Part shown: positions 25,901-38,279 of the stretch, in pieces
Layout: the number at the start of each line of letters is the position of its first letter
Position numbering within the stretch: position 1 is the first letter of the stretch
DNA from: Geosiphon pyriformis uo1
Lineage: Eukaryota; Fungi; Glomeromycota
DNA length: 64,000 bases
Assembly (NCBI GenBank): GCA_016748015.1
Contig: JAAOMT010000563.1
Span: 310,001-374,000 of the forward strand
Direction of reading: 5' to 3'
The notes under the pieces: generated by a model
The model's input: only the letters and a program-made list of their open reading frames with translations
Database searches by the model: none
Told to the model about the DNA's origin: nothing
Program-made: the position numbers and the translations under genes

Positions 25901-26229
25901 CTGTGTATATGGCAGTAATTGCTTTCTGTTCATTAACTGCTGCATTACTAAGCAGAAATAGTAATTCATTTGCTTCAAATTCAAATGGAAATATATCTGA
26001 CAGATTGGCATTTTGGGCAATTTGAGCTGGTAGAATGGTGTGGTTGAAAGGATTTAATTTTGGTGCTGCAACTTCATCTTCAGAAAGTGCAGTTTGTTGA
26101 AAATCCGATTTCTTTGGTATTGTAAGATAACTGGGTTGAGTGTGATAGTAATTGGGTCTTTGCTGACCCAAATTTCGGAAAACCAACTGGTTATTTGAAT
26201 TGATTCTGTTGTGGTTATTCTGCAATTAA

Positions 26230-27949
26230 TTTTGGGGTATGAATTGGTTATGTTGAACCAATTTTCTTGCTGGTACTTAATATTGTTGAGTGGGTGGTGT
26301 CTGATATGGCTGAATTGGTAAAGGTTGCTAATATTGTTGCTGCATTGATTGTGGAGCTGGTGGATAGTAGTTTTGATTTTGTGGTCTTGGTGAATAATAA
26401 GTTGGTGGTGAAGATTGGTAATAGGATTGTTGTGGTGAAAAGTAACATTGATTACTCCTGTTTTGTTGGTCTCTTTGTAATTTCCTACAATCTCATTTCC
26501 AGTGTCCTGGAATTCTACAATAATGACAATTTTTAGATTGGTTGTTGGATGATAATCCAAAATTGTTTTGGTTGTGTTGTTGTGGTGGTTAATATCTTTG
26601 TGGTTGTTGCTGCTGTTGTTGTTGGTTTGTAAAATAGCTTTCAACTTTCTTTGTGAGTTGGTCTATCTTTTCTTCAGCTGTTGAGCTGGTTTCTCCAATT
26701 GCAAGGTTTACAAGCTTGGTGTGATTTGCTTCTTCCATTGCCATTTCATAGCTCTTTGCATGTCTAATAGCAGTTGCTAAGTCTGCTGAAGCATGTGAAT
26801 GGATTTTCTTAATCAGTTTGTCTTTTAACCCTGCTATAAACTGATCCAGAATTTGAGCATCAGAATAGTAGTCATTGGTTTCCAATTGTCAGATTCGTCT
26901 GAAAAGTTTGTTAAATTTTCCAAGATAGGTTATAACAGATTCAAATATTTCTTGTTTGATATTGCGAAAGCAGTTTCTGAGAGTGATAGAGGTATTGTTG
27001 TTGGTAAATTGTTGTAGAAAAGCATCTTTGAATGCTTGCCAGTTTTCAAATGGTTCTTCTAAATTTTCAAACCATTCTTCTGCTGTTCCTTGGAGAAAGT
27101 AGGGAATTGCTTTGAGCATTCTTGCTGCAATCCAACCATTTGCATCTCCTGCTTTTTGAACCTTGTCAAGCCATTTTTGAGGACTGGTATCATTGTCTTC
27201 ACCCATGAATTCTGGGATTTTTGCAATGTAAGCAGTTGCCATTTCTTTGTTTTCTATAATTTCTTCTGGTTCTGATTCAGTTCTTCACTTTCCAAGCTTT
27301 TTGAGTGATTACTTTCGTTTTCCTGTAAGTAATCAATGATATTGGCATTTGTTGATATTGGTTTCTGCTGTTGAATAGGATTTCTAGGTGACTGTAAATC
27401 TTCTGGTCTGGAGAAACAGCTAAGTAGTGAACTTGGTGTTTGTGGTTGAACAAGTGAAATTGGAAATGGTGTAATAAAAAGTGGTAATTTGATACTGGTT
27501 CCTTGTTCAGGTGTTTGCAAGTGTTTGGCAGTTGTCTTTTGTAGTGTTGAAGTGTTTGGAGTGGTTCTTGAGTATTGCTTCAATCTTTGTTTGCCTTTGT
27601 TGCTTGTCTCTGATTCAAAGTCAAAAGAGTATTTAGACTGTACTGGGTATTTTTCTTCACAATACTCAATAATATTAAAATTAAGTTCTTGGAAGTAGAT
27701 AGCAAGTGTTTCACTGTTCAGGTCTTCTGTTTCCAATTGTAAATAGTGCACTAAATTATTGTAGAAGTTGCTTCTAACTTCTGAAATGTTGTAGTTTCCA
27801 AAAAGATAATTGTTGATGTGGTTTTCAATGTATTGGTATACTGATTTCTTTACAACTTCAATTCCGTCTGAAATGTTGAATCTTTGCTTGCAGTGGGTGT
27901 AAATTGACTGGTAATACTCTAGAGTTGCTGTGTCTGGTGTGGTTGCCAC
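26230..27949 (-). pseudogene. Gypsy-A gag (capsid, CCHC knuckle, Q/P/N-rich linker), same frame as protease
   Basis: AYIAKIPEF..WLDKVQKAGDANGW, QFIAGLK; CHYCRIPGHWK.DC at ~26480-26525. Confidence 0.88.
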
Positions 27950-27976
27950 TTTGAATTTGTTGTTGCTGTGTTATTT

Positions 27977-27994
27977 CTATGAGAGAGCACCAAA
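27977..27994 (-). promoter_or_regulatory. Primer binding site of Gypsy-A (tRNA not identified)
   Basis: TT-TGGTGCTCTCTCATAG directly after the 5' LTR. Decayed version at 36032-36050. Confidence 0.8.
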
Positions 27995-28977
27995 TGTTAC
28001 TGGAGATTTTTTGGTCTCTTTTTTTAAATGTTGTTGATGCCTGTTTGTTGTGAATTCACGTTTTCTGGATGTGGTTGAACCTCCAATAACTGAATTTATC
28101 TTTAACTTATCTCCTATAATTTGAACTGCTGGGCTTATAAGTGGAATGGCCAATTCCGTGCCAGTTACTTTGTATAGTTACATTGTAGTAAACGTCAACT
28201 CTTTCTCAGGAATTGCTCATCTGGAAGCTCACTAAAAATGTATAGTTACTTTGCTGTGAAAGTCAACTCTTCTACAAGAATTCTCGTCTGTAGGCTACCC
28301 AAAATGATTTATAATAAGAAAAGAAAGAGAAATAAGAGAAATGTAAAAAAAAAAGTAAAACTGATGATTTATGGAAGTTGTTTTGGATCCAGGTCTGGAA
28401 GTGCTTTAACAGTTTACCAAAATTGGTAGCTAGTCAATTTCAAACTGTTAGTAGGAATTGGTTAATTTCAAGAGAAATAATTTAAGAATTTGGCTTTTCG
28501 AATTATTTGATATTTATTTGTCTTTTTGGGTGTAAAGGATTATTCTAATTGTTTTTAATCTGAAGTAAGATACATTTTCCAGAAGAGAAAAGCTCTTCTT
28601 TTATACAACTTGTTGTAGTACTAGTCTATGAACTTGCACTTTTTCTCTTTGCTCAAATTTCGGCAAACTAAAGATACATTTTGATGAACTACAAGTTATT
28701 TTGCTGAACTATTGATTAATTTGAGTGAACTATTCATAATTTCGGCGAATTTCTGTAAATTTTGGCGAATTTTTGAATGTTACAAAGTTCAGGGTATTGT
28801 GTAATTTAATCATCCTACTTTCTGTTATACTAATTAAATTATTTTAATTAAATCGTGATATGTGATAATTGATTAAATAATAAATAATAATTTGAAATGA
28901 TATTAATATACTAATGAATTATAGGAATTATAAGGGTAATTTCATGCTAATTAATAGCTAAAATTCTACTGGTAACA
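27995..28977 (-). repeat. 5' LTR of Gypsy-A (983 bp)
   Basis: TG..CA ends; followed by PBS. Confidence 0.95.
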
Positions 28978-28981
28978 TTGG

Positions 28982-31575
28982 TTTAACAAATGGATATCAT
29001 GTGCATAATGGCTTGGATCAAGGAAAAGTTTTCTCACCACTTTTGTAGCACATATTTTATAATTTGCTTCTTTGTGAGGTCAAGAGGCAAGAGACTGTAT
29101 ATGGCTATAGATTAAATTCTCATTTTGTTTTCAAAATTGGCTGGGTGGAATCTCAAGCTGGACTGACATCATTTCTGGCCACTAGTGCTTTTGTTGATGA
29201 TACAATTTGGGTAGGCAATAGCCAGTTAGCTACTCAACACATTCTCAATATTGCTAGTGATTTCTTCAAGATTAATGACATTTCAATAAATAATGAAAAG
29301 ACTGTGGCCATCCCTATTAACTGTCAGGTAGTAAACCCTACTCTTAATATCAGTGGCTTGCCTATTTCTGTTGCTAAAAAGGAGGAACCTCATCATTATC
29401 TGGGAATTTTTCTTTCTTCTGAAGGTTTGTCTAGGCCTAGCTTGGTTAGGGTGCATTCAGATGTCTGGTTTTTTACCAATCTTGTCTTGAGAAAAGCAAT
29501 TTCAGATAAACAATTTACATATTTAGTGTCAGCAGTTCTTGTTCCTATCATCAGTTATAGAACTCAGTTCAGTTTTGTCCCTACTAGTGTGTACAACAAA
29601 TAAGATGCTCTCATTCGCAAGGGTTTGAAATCTAAGTCTGGTTTGCCTCTCGATTTTCCCAATGATGCACTCTATTATTCTTCTTTATATGGTTTAAAAA
29701 CATTTGAGCAGATTCAGGCTGAAAGTAAATCAGCTTCCATTGTTTCTTTTGCAAATTCGGTTGATGTTTTGGGTCAGTTGTTTTCTCACAGATCCCACGA
29801 TCTGCAGGTTCTCAGCTGGTGCCCATAACATCCATTGCTATTTCTGACTCGTATTAGGGTCAACTTTTCAAATAATTTTTTGGCTGGTGTGGTCCATATT
29901 TTTTCTGATTTGGATTTGTCTTTGGACAGCTTGGTGGCCAGTGTCTTTTGCCTTCAGTCCAGTACTCCTTTGTCTCTTGTGCTTGGTGATAAGATGTTTT
30001 TTAAGTGTGTTTCTTCACCCCACCAGTATAGTGTTGCATTTGTGAAACAGCTTTGAGACCGTAATGGTGCTGTTTTTAGTTGGTCAGCCTTCAAGTGGTG
30101 GAAAAAGTTGAACCCCCATGGCCCGGTTCCATTTTGGTATGATACTGCTGTTTGCTTTATTACAGATACGACCTCCTCCTTTATTGGTCTGCTGTTCTTG
30201 GATGGTGGTGCATCTCATGATATTCTTCAGTCCTGTGAGTTTGGTGTGGTCAATTCTGGTCTGTTAAATGCTAATTCTAATCGTCTTTCTGTGTATATAG
30301 ATAGTTCTTTGTGCAGACTGGAGACTCGCAATATGAAAGCTGGTGCTGCAGTGTTTTTTGAGAACTTTAATTTGGGTTTGGGTGTGAGTGTGTCTGGCTT
30401 GGTCTCTTCTATGTTGGTCGAATTATAAGCCATTGCTCTGGCTCTTGAGTGTGTTTCTTCTCTTAGTTCTGTTGATTTGTTTTCAGACAGTTAGGCTGTT
30501 TTGGATGTGTGTGTTTTGAAATCTGTTTTGTTTTATTCAGATTTCAGGAATTGGTACTGGATTGAATGCTGCCACATTGCTAACATTATTCGTCATAAAC
30601 AGTTGGACATAAATTGGGTTAAAGTTAAAAGTCATTTTGGCATTATGGACAATAAGTGTGCTGATGAGTTTGCTAAGACTGCTGCTTTTTCTGATTTTTG
30701 TCTGCCTTCTTCAATCAATGAACGGTTTTCTAAAAGCTGGTGGTACTATGGTTTCTGGTAGTTCTAGACATTTTGTCTGTGATGTTTTCCGATCAGTACA
30801 TTATGTGGGTTGAAAGGTAAGTTCGGGCTCTCGGGTCATATTGAGTGACTTGTGTTCAGATGTGGATTGGTTTAGATCTTTTTTGGTGTGACATCTGAAT
30901 TCTTATTTGGCTGCTGATTTTATCAATAAACATACTGCCAACTGTCGAACATATTTCATGAAGGTGTTGCATCACCGGCTTCCTATAGCTGTGCACAAAT
31001 GTTTGTATAATAGGTGCTATTCCAGCATGATATGTCTTTATTGTGGTAATGTTGAGGTCTCTGACCATGTGTTTTCTTGCCCATTTGATGCTTCTGCCCA
31101 CACTCGGTTGGTTGATGTTTATGCGTCTGCTTGAAAGGCTCACACTGGTTTTTCTCATTCTTCTTCATGTGTTTCACAGCTGTTGTCAAATTGTGTTTCT
31201 GGTGCTGTGGTTGGCATGGCTCTGTGTAAAGATTTTGTTTTCAATGATTGGTACCATGAATCAGTTATTGTTTTTAAGAATTCCAAAGTGGCGGCTCTGA
31301 CCATCGTAGACTTTGTGCATAAATTTTGTCTTGCTTTTTGAAAGAAGATTTGGCTGGTTCATGCTAAACACAAATCTCTTATGGAGAAAAATGGTTTAAT
31401 TCCACATGATGGTTCTCTCCCTTTTCCTGTTATAGGCCCCTTTAAGTTACTTTCGGCTGGTGTGATTAAGTTATTAGGTATCACTGATGTCTTTGGTATT
31501 AGCTTTGGGTTTCATAAATCTTGTCTGTTTTTTTCTGGTGTAAGTAATATGGTTTCTGTTCATATAAGTGTTTAG
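28982..31575 (+). pseudogene. LINE ORF2 3' part (RT core, RNase H, zinc finger)
   Basis: GLDQGKVFSP, AFVDDTIW, YLGIFL, YIDSSL, WVKVKSHFGIMDNKCAD, CLYCGNVEVSDHVFSC. Confidence 0.92.
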
Positions 31576-31739
31576 TGTTGTTCTGATTGGCTTGAGTGGC
31601 TGGTCACGTGTAAAAAATGCATGATTTGCACCTAGTTTAGATCATTTGCATGATGTATAGTACTAGGTAGCATTTGGACTTTACTCATTAAAATGTAAAA
31701 AAAAATAAAAATAAAAAAATATGTCAAAAAAATTATTTC

Positions 31740-34615
31740 AAATTAGATTTAAAAGTTATTAATAATTATTAAAATTAGTAATTAATTAATTCAAACTGAA
31801 ATAATTAAAAAATTTATGGTTTTCAAAGTAAGTTTTATTAAAATTAATTTGTAAGAAAGATAATTAATTTTAAGATATCTGATAAAAAATTAATTTTGAA
31901 TAAAATATATTTTTTTGAAAAAAAAACTTTTCTTTTATACAATTTGTTGTAGTACTATTTTATGATTTAACACTTTTTTTTCTTAATTTTTTAGTAAACT
32001 AAAGATATATTTTGTTAAACTACAAGTTATTTTTGTAAACTATAAATTATTTTTACAAATTATTAAATATTTTAATAAATTATTAAATATTTTAGCAAAC
32101 TTTAAATATTATATAATTTAATATATTACATAATTTGATTATTACAATTTGGCTATATTTGTGTTTTGTATAAATTGGATTATTAATTAAATAATAATTT
32201 GAATAATTTAATAAGATAATAAATAATAAATTGAAATAATAATATATGCTAATTAATGATAAAAATTATAAAAATAATTTTATGCTAAATAATATCTTAA
32301 ATTTCGACTAATAATATAATTTTTTTCTTAAAATTAAGTTCTATTAAAGTTTAAATAGTGTTTGTAATTTTCAAAATAGTAGTTCAAAATTATTGAAAAA
32401 ATTTGGTTTAAAAATTGTTAAAATTTCAGTTTTGTAAGCTTTTTAATATATTAAATCTTTAGATACTATAAAATTGGGTTTTGTAGGATGTTTTTACAAA
32501 TGTAAAATAAGTTATAAAGTCTAAAAGTTGTTTTAAGTTTGTAATAGATATTTGTTAGTCTGGCTGTTGTTTTAAATTTATTGTAAAATTATTTTTGAAT
32601 AGTTTTAGTTATAAAATTTATTGTTTTAAGCTTTAGTTTTCTTTTGTAAAGTGTTTTTTTAATATAAAAATATCTATAAATTAGAGAGTATTTATTGTTT
32701 TATTTATTAAAACATTGTTGAAATTTTTGTTAAATTGTAATATTTGGTAAAATATCAATAAATATAAATATTAAATTTTCTCTTAAAGCTTGCTTTAAAA
32801 GTTTTAATAAATAAATTTTAGATAACTTTTTATGTTTCTTTTATAAAGATAATAATTTTATAAATTTATAATTAAAGATGTAGTTAATTCTATTTAGATG
32901 TAATTAATATGTTTTTTAATAATTATTATAAAATAACTTGAATAGTATTTTTAAGATTAACATTAATTTTTGAAATAATTGTTAAATATTTTGAGAAATA
33001 GTTATAATAACTAACAAAATATAAATAAATAAAATTATTTTTGATATATAAGATTTTTATGTTATTTTGTTTTGTTTTTCTGTGCAGTTTTTGTTTTGTT
33101 TTTGTAAAATTGGTTTTAAAATATAAAGAATAATTATAAAGAAAATTTAAATTTAAATATTCAGATTTAAAAGTTGTTCAATAATAATTATTGATTTTAA
33201 GTTTTAAAAAATATCTTTAAAATTAACAAAAAAATTGTGTACTAATTTGTGAAATTAAAAATTCAGAATTGGCTTTAAAATAATAATGTTTTAGTCTGTT
33301 ATAATATACAATTTTTTTTAAAATCTTATTATTAAATCTTAATTTATATAATATATTTTTTAAAATTTTATGTATATAAAATAGTTTTTCTTATTTATGA
33401 TTAAATTTTCCACTTTATTGTTTTTTAGTCTTAGTTTTGTGTAAAAAACTTTATTTTTAACTTTAAATTTATTAATGGTTAGTAATAGTTTATTGTTATG
33501 TTACTTATTTTATTAAGCTTAAGAGTATTTTATATAAGTAGCTGCAATTTGTTGTTTTTTATTTAATGTATTAAGAAGTGTATAAGCTTTTTTTTGTAAT
33601 ATTTCTTGAAAGTTGTTTTTTATAATTGGTTAAATTAGATAAAATTCTATTGTAAAATTAATTAGTAATATTGCTGTTCTTTTATAAATCAAATTAAATA
33701 GTATATATTTTATTGTATCTTGTTTTAATGTTTTATATGCTAATATTAATAAATAAAAAAATCTTATTTTTGCTTAAAATTTATTAAAACTTTGGCTAAT
33801 AATTTACAAAGTATTTTGTTAAAACATTTTACAAGTCTATTTGTCTATAAATAATATAATAAAAACAAAAGTTTTTTAATATTAAATTATTTACAAATTT
33901 TTTGTATTAAATTGTTTATAAAATGTGTTTTTTAATTTAATAAATATTTAATTAGACATCTATATCTACAAATAATGTTTTTATAAATGAAATTTATAAT
34001 TAATTTTATATCTGTTTATTAAATTATTTTTGGCTATTTTGTTAAATAATCTACTATAACTACAATATATAATTTTTTTAAGTTGTGATAAGTAATGTCT
34101 AATTAAATTAATACTAACTTAATCAAAAAATTGTTCAACTTTAATTGAATTTAAGAATTTTATAAAACATAGTTTTTTTTTAATAACTATTACATTAATA
34201 AATATATATTTTTTCATTTAAGACTAAAAATAGTGCTCTAATATTTTTTAAATTATATTATTTTTTTTAAAGTATGTTGATAAAAAATCTGAGTACATAT
34301 TATATAGAATTGTTTTTTATTTATATTGTTAAATTACTTGAAGTAAATTGTCTGAATTTTTGTAATTTTAATAATAGATAAAATTATTGCATAAGAAATA
34401 TTGTTTTGCTTAATGTTGTAATTAATGTTTTTTACTTAGAAACCAAATTTTTGGTATTATAAATATTTTTAAATATTGTTTAAAATTGTTGTAGTTTTTA
34501 GAAGTTATTATTTGTTTTGTTATTTTTAATTAAAATAAATAATAATTGTAATTTTTAATCTTGTCTTATTCTTAAAAAACAATTAACATTTGTATAAAGC
34601 TTTCTTAATTTGTAA
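31740..34615 (-). mobile_element. Heavily AT-shifted Gypsy-A copy: partial 3' LTR, env-position ORF, integrase, RNase H end
   Basis: 31920-32315 matches LTR-A; 32316-32457 matches 19351-19489; 33568-34615 matches 21318-22400. Confidence 0.82.
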
Positions 34616-35064
34616 TATTATTATTTATACAAAATAAAAATAAAAACAATAAAATAAAGTAGCCAATAAAAAATAAGCATAATAAAAAGAGAAATTTTAG
34701 AAATTTACTAAACAAAAATTGCAAAATTCCAGAATTCTAGCAATTTTTAACAAAAATTACAAAATTTTCAGATTTTAAAAAAACTTATAAAAAGAATTAA
34801 AAGATTTTAAAGAATCTTATATAACAAAAATTATATATATATAGCAGTAAAATTAGAAATAAAAAAAAACAGACTAATAATTAAAATAAATAATTAAGAA
34901 ATATTTTCTATTTATATTAATAAAATACTTATTTGAAAAAAAACAACATCTAATTTATGTTATTATTCATTAATTAAAAATACTTATTACTTATATCTTA
35001 TTAACAACTTATATTAATAATATCTGATACTTAATAATACTGAAATAATAGTTTTTAATTACAA
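34616..35064 (+). repeat. Decayed LTR-B 5' part; its 3' part resumes at 37905-38272
   Basis: TATATATATAGCAGT and CTGAAATAATAG motifs as in LTR-B. Confidence 0.65.
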
Positions 35065-37904
35065 TATTACTAGTAAAATTTTAGTCAGTAATTAAACATA
35101 AAATTATTTTTATAATTCTTATTAATAATTAGCATATATTATTATTATTTTATTTATTACTTATTATTTAATTAAATTATCACAATATTTCTATTTAATT
35201 AATAAACTAATTTATATAATACATCAATATAACCAAACACAATAATCAAATTATACAATACTTTAAACTCTATAATATTCAAAAATTTGTAAAAATTTGC
35301 AAAATATTTTAATAGTACACTAAAATAATTTATAATTTATAAAAACAACTTGTAATTTACCAAAATATATTATTAATTTGTTAAAATATAACAAAAAAAA
35401 AGTTTAAATTCATAGACTAGTATTACAACAAGCTATATAAAAAAAAACTTCTTTTTTAAAAAAAAATATTTTACTTTAAAATTATTTTTCTTAAAACAAG
35501 TCTTTTAATACAAATCAATAAAACATTAAATACTTTAAAAACATAATTTATTTTAATTAGCTATGTATTAAAATTTTTCAAATCTCAACTAATGTTTTGA
35601 AATTAATTAGGTACTAATTTCAATAATTTATTAGTTATTCTAAACCTAAACAGAAAACAATTTTTTAACAAAATTTTTTTTTTTACATTTTTTTTATTTT
35701 ATTTTTTATTATTATTATAAATTATTAGAATAGTTTACAAACAAAATTTCTGTAAAAAAATTGACTTTTATAACAAAGTAACTATATATTTTTAATAAGT
35801 TTTTAGATAAGCAATTTCTGAAAAAGAGTTACTTTTTATTACAAAATAACTATATAAAATAACTAGCACAAAATTGGCTATTTTATTTATAAGTTTAACA
35901 GTTTAAATTATAAGAGATAATTTAAAGATAAATTCAGTTATTAGAAGTTTAACAGCTTTCAATAATTAGAAATTATTAGCAAAATAATATTAACAATATT
36001 TAAGAAAAGAAACTAAAAACCTTTAATAATATTTGGTGCTTTTTTATAGATTAATATAGTAATAATAACTTCAAAGTAATAATTATTTCAAATATAATAA
36101 TTCTTAAATACTATTAGTCAAGTTTATACTTATTGTAAACAATAATTTGAAATTTAAAACAAAATCACAGCTTTTAAGAAAACACTTTTTTAATATATCA
36201 AAAACTAAATCAATAATTATCTTTTTAAAAACTACAATATTACAGAAGTTAAACAAAATTTTCTTGAAAATCTTATTTACTATTCAAACAAAGACCCAAA
36301 AAATATTAATGCTAATAATTATGCTACTTATTTTAAAAAACTTGATTATAATATTATCAAATTTTGTAAAAAAAAATATCTTGTTAATTTACAATTTGTT
36401 TTTAAACTTAAGTTTGAATTTAAAACAAACAAAAAAAACAAAAAAAAAACACTCAATTAATTTATATAATATTTAATATACCAAAAACAATTATTTAACA
36501 TTTACAAACATTTAAACAAAAAATTAGTTTTAAACTACTACTTTAATACTCAAATATTAAACCAATTTATTACTGAATTTAAAAATAAATTAATCAAAAA
36601 AGTTTATCTATATATATCAAAAAATTTAGTCACAGTTATTTAACATACTAAAACTTATAAAATAACAATAAAAGAAGCTAATTGCATAAAACTTGTTAAT
36701 CTTGTAATTGAAAAAACCAGTTTAACAGCTGAAAAAAAAATCAATCAACTTACTAAAAAAGTTGAAAATTATTTTACCAATTAACAATAACAGTAATAAT
36801 AGAGATATTAATTATTATAACAACAAAACCAAAGCAACTTTTTATTATTATCTAACAACCAATCTTAAAACTGCTACTATTATAAAATCTAGAACATTGA
36901 AAATAAGATTGTAAGAAAATATAAAAAGATTAGCAACAAAAAAGTAATTAATATTATTCTCAGCTATAACAATTTTACTATTAGTCTATTATTTACTAAG
37001 ATTTTAATACCAACACATTACTACCAATCTGCTTTATAACTAATTCAATATAGTATTAACAACTATTTTCTGTTCAAAAATACCAAGTATTTGTAAAAAA
37101 AACTAAATTAACAAAACCAATTTGTATTCCAAAATTAATTTTTAATAAACAACAACAAAACTAATATTAACAATTAATTGGTTTTTCAGAACAATTTACA
37201 GTAAAAATTCACAAATTATTATACTTAATCTAGTTATCTAACAATACTACAAAAACCAAATTTTTAATAAACTGTATTTTTCAAAGATAAAATTGCAATA
37301 ACAAAACAAAACTTTTCTAATAATAACCATATTATTTTTTTAGTTAAAATTGCTAAAAATACCAATCTATTAAACATATTTTTATTCAAGTTTAAAGTAA
37401 ATAAATTATTATTTTTGTTTAGCAATACAACAATTACAAAACAAAAAACAATTACAACTATGTACACTAAAATTAAAATTAAAAGAAAAAAATTCAATTA
37501 ATTTTAAATAATAGATTTGCCAGAAATATTATTATCTATTAACTAATGCAACAACTCAAACAAAGTATTAACTAACTTGTTTAAACAATTATTGTTACTG
37601 CTAATAATATAAAAAAAATTTTAATAGAAAAATTAATGAATTTTTTTTTACAATTAATGGAATTACTATTTTGATCAAAATTTTAATTATAAATATATCT
37701 TAATATTAAACTTTTGTCCGAAATAATTGGCTTTTTAAAACCAATGCCAATTTAAATTAAAAAATTTAAAAACCCAAAATTTTATACAAAAAACAATATG
37801 TCCAAGTATCTGTTACTTGTAGTACTTTTAATAAATAATTTGAAAAAGCTTTAGTATTTGAATTTAAAGAGAAGAAAAAAATGCCAATTATTGAAACTTA
37901 TTTC
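35065..37904 (+). mobile_element. Heavily AT-shifted Gypsy-A copy: 5' LTR (35065-36031), PBS, internally deleted gag, protease
   Basis: Collinear with the reverse complement of 25480-28977; PBS TTTGGTGCTTTTTTATAG. Confidence 0.82.
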
Positions 37905-38272
37905 ATTTTTTATTTTCTTTTATTTTCTTTTATTTTTTTTTGTTTTGTTTCTTTGTTGTTTACTAATTAATTAAAGAAATTAAATATTAAGTAATTAATA
38001 TTAAGAATAGCTTAATAAAAAATCCAAAAACAAGAATAAAAATTTAAAAATAGCTTATTAAAAAAACACAACTACCAAAATAAACCAGCCATCATGCTAA
38101 AAAAAAATTTACAAAAGAAAAACCATTAATTGAATCTCTGTTCATTATACAAAAAACTTAATTAAAACTTTTAGGCTCTAAAATCTTTAAAAATTACCAA
38201 TATTTCCAGCTATTAAGCATTAAGTTATAAGTTTATTAGTTGTTTTAATACTCCAAATAATCATTTGTAATA
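37905..38272 (+). repeat. Decayed LTR-B 3' part
   Basis: Aligns to 5830-6188; ends AATAATCATTTGTAATA. Confidence 0.75.
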
Positions 38273-38279
38273 ATAAAAG

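Larger units (their letters stand above)
18347..28977 (-). mobile_element. Ty3/Gypsy LTR retrotransposon family A, two LTRs, 4-bp TSD TTGG
   Basis: TG..CA LTRs at 18347-19350 and 27995-28977. TSD at 18343-18346 and 28978-28981. Domain order gag-PR-(Cys-rich)-dUTPase-RT-RH-IN. Confidence 0.96.
14159..31720 (+). mobile_element. Full-length degenerate LINE, family II, split by Gypsy-A insertion at 18347-28977
   Basis: RT reads ..VMTDFG| then |LTNGYHVHNGLDQG across the insertion. 3' tail 31576-31692 and A-rich end. Confidence 0.93.
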
